Part shown: positions 62,068 to 64,000 of the stretch, one piece after another | Numbering within the stretch: the stretch's first letter is position 1 | Layout: each line of letters begins with the position of its first letter | Made by a program: the position numbers and the translations under genes | Origin: Magallana gigas | Taxonomy: Eukaryota | Length of the DNA: 64,000 bases | Reading direction: 5' to 3' | Assembly (NCBI RefSeq): GCF_963853765.1 | Contig: NC_088858.1 | Location: 35,898,001 to 35,962,000, forward strand | Notes under the pieces: generated by a model | The model's database searches: none | Seen by the model: only the letters and a program-made list of their open reading frames with translations | What the model was told of the DNA's origin: nothing

Positions 62068-63595
62068 TCACGTCATATACCGCTTCTTGTGGTCTGTTAA
62101 AATGTCTGTGACAGCTACCAACTTCTTTAACGAGGGCTGTCGAGAAAGATCGAAATAATTTTTAATACATCATCTAAATATCAAAATATAATTTTTAAAT
62201 TTAATACAAAATAATCAAAATTAATGAGTTATTTTTGAAACTTTACATCTGAGTTGATGCAAGTTATTTTTTTTTTTATACAACCATACCTTGGTCTCCG
62301 CTTGTTTCCTGAGTTCTGATTGGTGGGTAGCACATATCGTGTGCATCGTAGCGAGGTCCCTGGCCACACTGTCGACTGGCAAGGAGTTCTCCGAGGATGT
62401 TTCATTGTCGTCAACCTGCTTCAATTAAAAGAATGTCAGTGTGTTATCATTAAATCTTAACTGTTTACATCTATGGATATGATCAATAGACATGATCTGA
62501 CAAAACAGAATAAGCCTCGTGTACTAACTTCTTGTTACAGACAGCAATATGTGTAACTTACAGACAGTTCGTCCAGAAACTTGATCATCCGAGGCTTGTT
62601 TTTCTTGATGAATGGGTTTATCACTTCCATAAACGCCTCCTACAGAGAGATCAAGTATATGTATTGGCATATCAACTACCTCATTCTGAGAGATTGTCAT
62701 CTTTCTTGCAAATGCAATTCATTAAATGAAGTAGGATATCATTTGATCTTACTTTGATTCCAAATTCCACTAAATTTGCCAAGTTCTGTAATGCTTTTGC
62801 AATAAGTTTTAAGGTTCGACAGGCCACATCTGATGGTGTTTCTGGAAGACATGGAAAAATAACATACAAATGTACTTGTCTGTATCTGAAGAAGAATATC
62901 TTGCAAAGAAATGAAATACAAACAACAAACAGGATACTAAAGGAAACTATACCTGTGATTAAATTGAAAGATTTCGGGTTTAGGATTGCCGGACACAACA
63001 GCCTCAGAAAGATGAAGCCACTAAAGCCAAAAAAAAAAAAAAAAAAAAAAATAGACCATTAGGAAACTATTGAGCAAAACTATACAATGTCATGTGAATG
63101 TAAAAATAAAAAATAAAAATGTTAATTGTAATTGAACTTTGTTTCTCCTCTAGCAAACATTGCTGCATTTTTAAGAAAGAATCTGAATGAAAGGGCTGTA
63201 AGACTGGGCTTGCACACCTAACGACTCTTGTTCTGACACTCTCATCTGAAGGCCATTTGGCTGACACACTTCTCTGTAGACAGCTGCATATATATCGCAG
63301 GACTCTACAAAACCGAGAAAAACACAACAACCGATCAATAACAATGTGATAATGACATGCATCTGTAGACGTAAGGCAAGTTTAGGTGACAATAATTAGT
63401 CAATAAGAATCCACTGCTGGGCTCAATTGACACTCAATTAAATAACAAACAGTTCACACTTCCTGATCCCTGAACTTACTTTGGGCAGCTGTCCGTGGAT
63501 TTAAAAATGGATTCCGTCATCTCCTCCAGGAAATGGAGAAAGTGATCCCTGTTTGTTACAATATCACAGCCACTTTCCAACATAGTGGGATTCAG
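62068..63595 (-). CDS. RASA1: Ras GTPase-activating protein 1 (p120GAP), 3' seven exons; gene extends beyond window
   Basis: Exons 63480-63595, 63218-63304, 62953-63020, 62753-62841, 62562-62639, 62290-62418 and 62068-62136. Motifs RTRVVSGFIFLRLLCPAILNP, KALQNLANLVEFG, NPFIKKNKPRMIKFLDEL and RDLATMHTIC. Confidence 0.9.
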
Positions 63596-63799
63596 CTACA
63601 AATATTTAGCATTACACATTCAGAAGATTGACTTGAAAATAACACAGACAATACTAAAGGTTAATATATATATACTAGGCATAAAGCAATGATACTTTAA
63701 TATGCAATACCTACACATTCTTATTTTGTGAGTTGTGTTCTTTAGCCAAGTTTGTTGTAGGAAAAGAGCAATTAGCACATAAATACAATAAAAATATAT

Positions 63800-63870
63800 G
63801 GCTGGCCCAGGAACCCCCACAACTCTAGTCAGCTCTACCACTGAGCCACTCAGCCCGATATCCATGGTCC
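63800..63870 (-). mobile_element. tRNA-derived SINE remnant (intronic)
   Basis: Minus-strand box A-like tggctcagtggtagagc; box B degenerate. Confidence 0.35.
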
Positions 63871-64000
63871 ATATAGCCCTAATTACTACAAAATTTTACA
63901 TGTATCTTTTCCAAATTGACATTGTAAATATCAAATGCAATAGGCCAAAGGTATCTGTAGAGCTGTCAATTGTTGAGCATCACTAACTGTGTATACTCTA

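Overview
Eukaryotic, AT-rich, intron-containing DNA, most likely an oyster (Crassostrea/Magallana), inferred from a Cg170-like ~167-bp satellite inside a Helentron-derived element. Bases 1-25,900 are a TE-rich accessory block. It holds several MITEs with target-site duplications and a tandemly duplicated 3-exon gene for a basic-disordered + NHL-like beta-propeller protein (one copy truncated by a repeat). It also holds a two-exon PIF/Harbinger (HARBI1-like) DDE nuclease gene bracketed by direct-repeat GC hairpins rather than TIRs, a young 3.37-kb gag-only Ty3/Gypsy LTR element, a LINE 3' end and a hAT-type element. Bases 26,000-64,000 are a gene-dense block: STOML2 (+), an unnamed 355-aa multipass membrane protein (-), GLMP (+), LINS1/Lines (-), GPN2 (+), an MSP130/choice-of-anchor-I-like secreted protein (-), PSMA4 (-), a GT32 glycosyltransferase (+) and the 3' end of RASA1 (-). 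Three of these gene pairs are head-to-head. Exon structures were built by hand from splice sites and reading-frame phase. No database searches were run, so family names rest on motif recognition.
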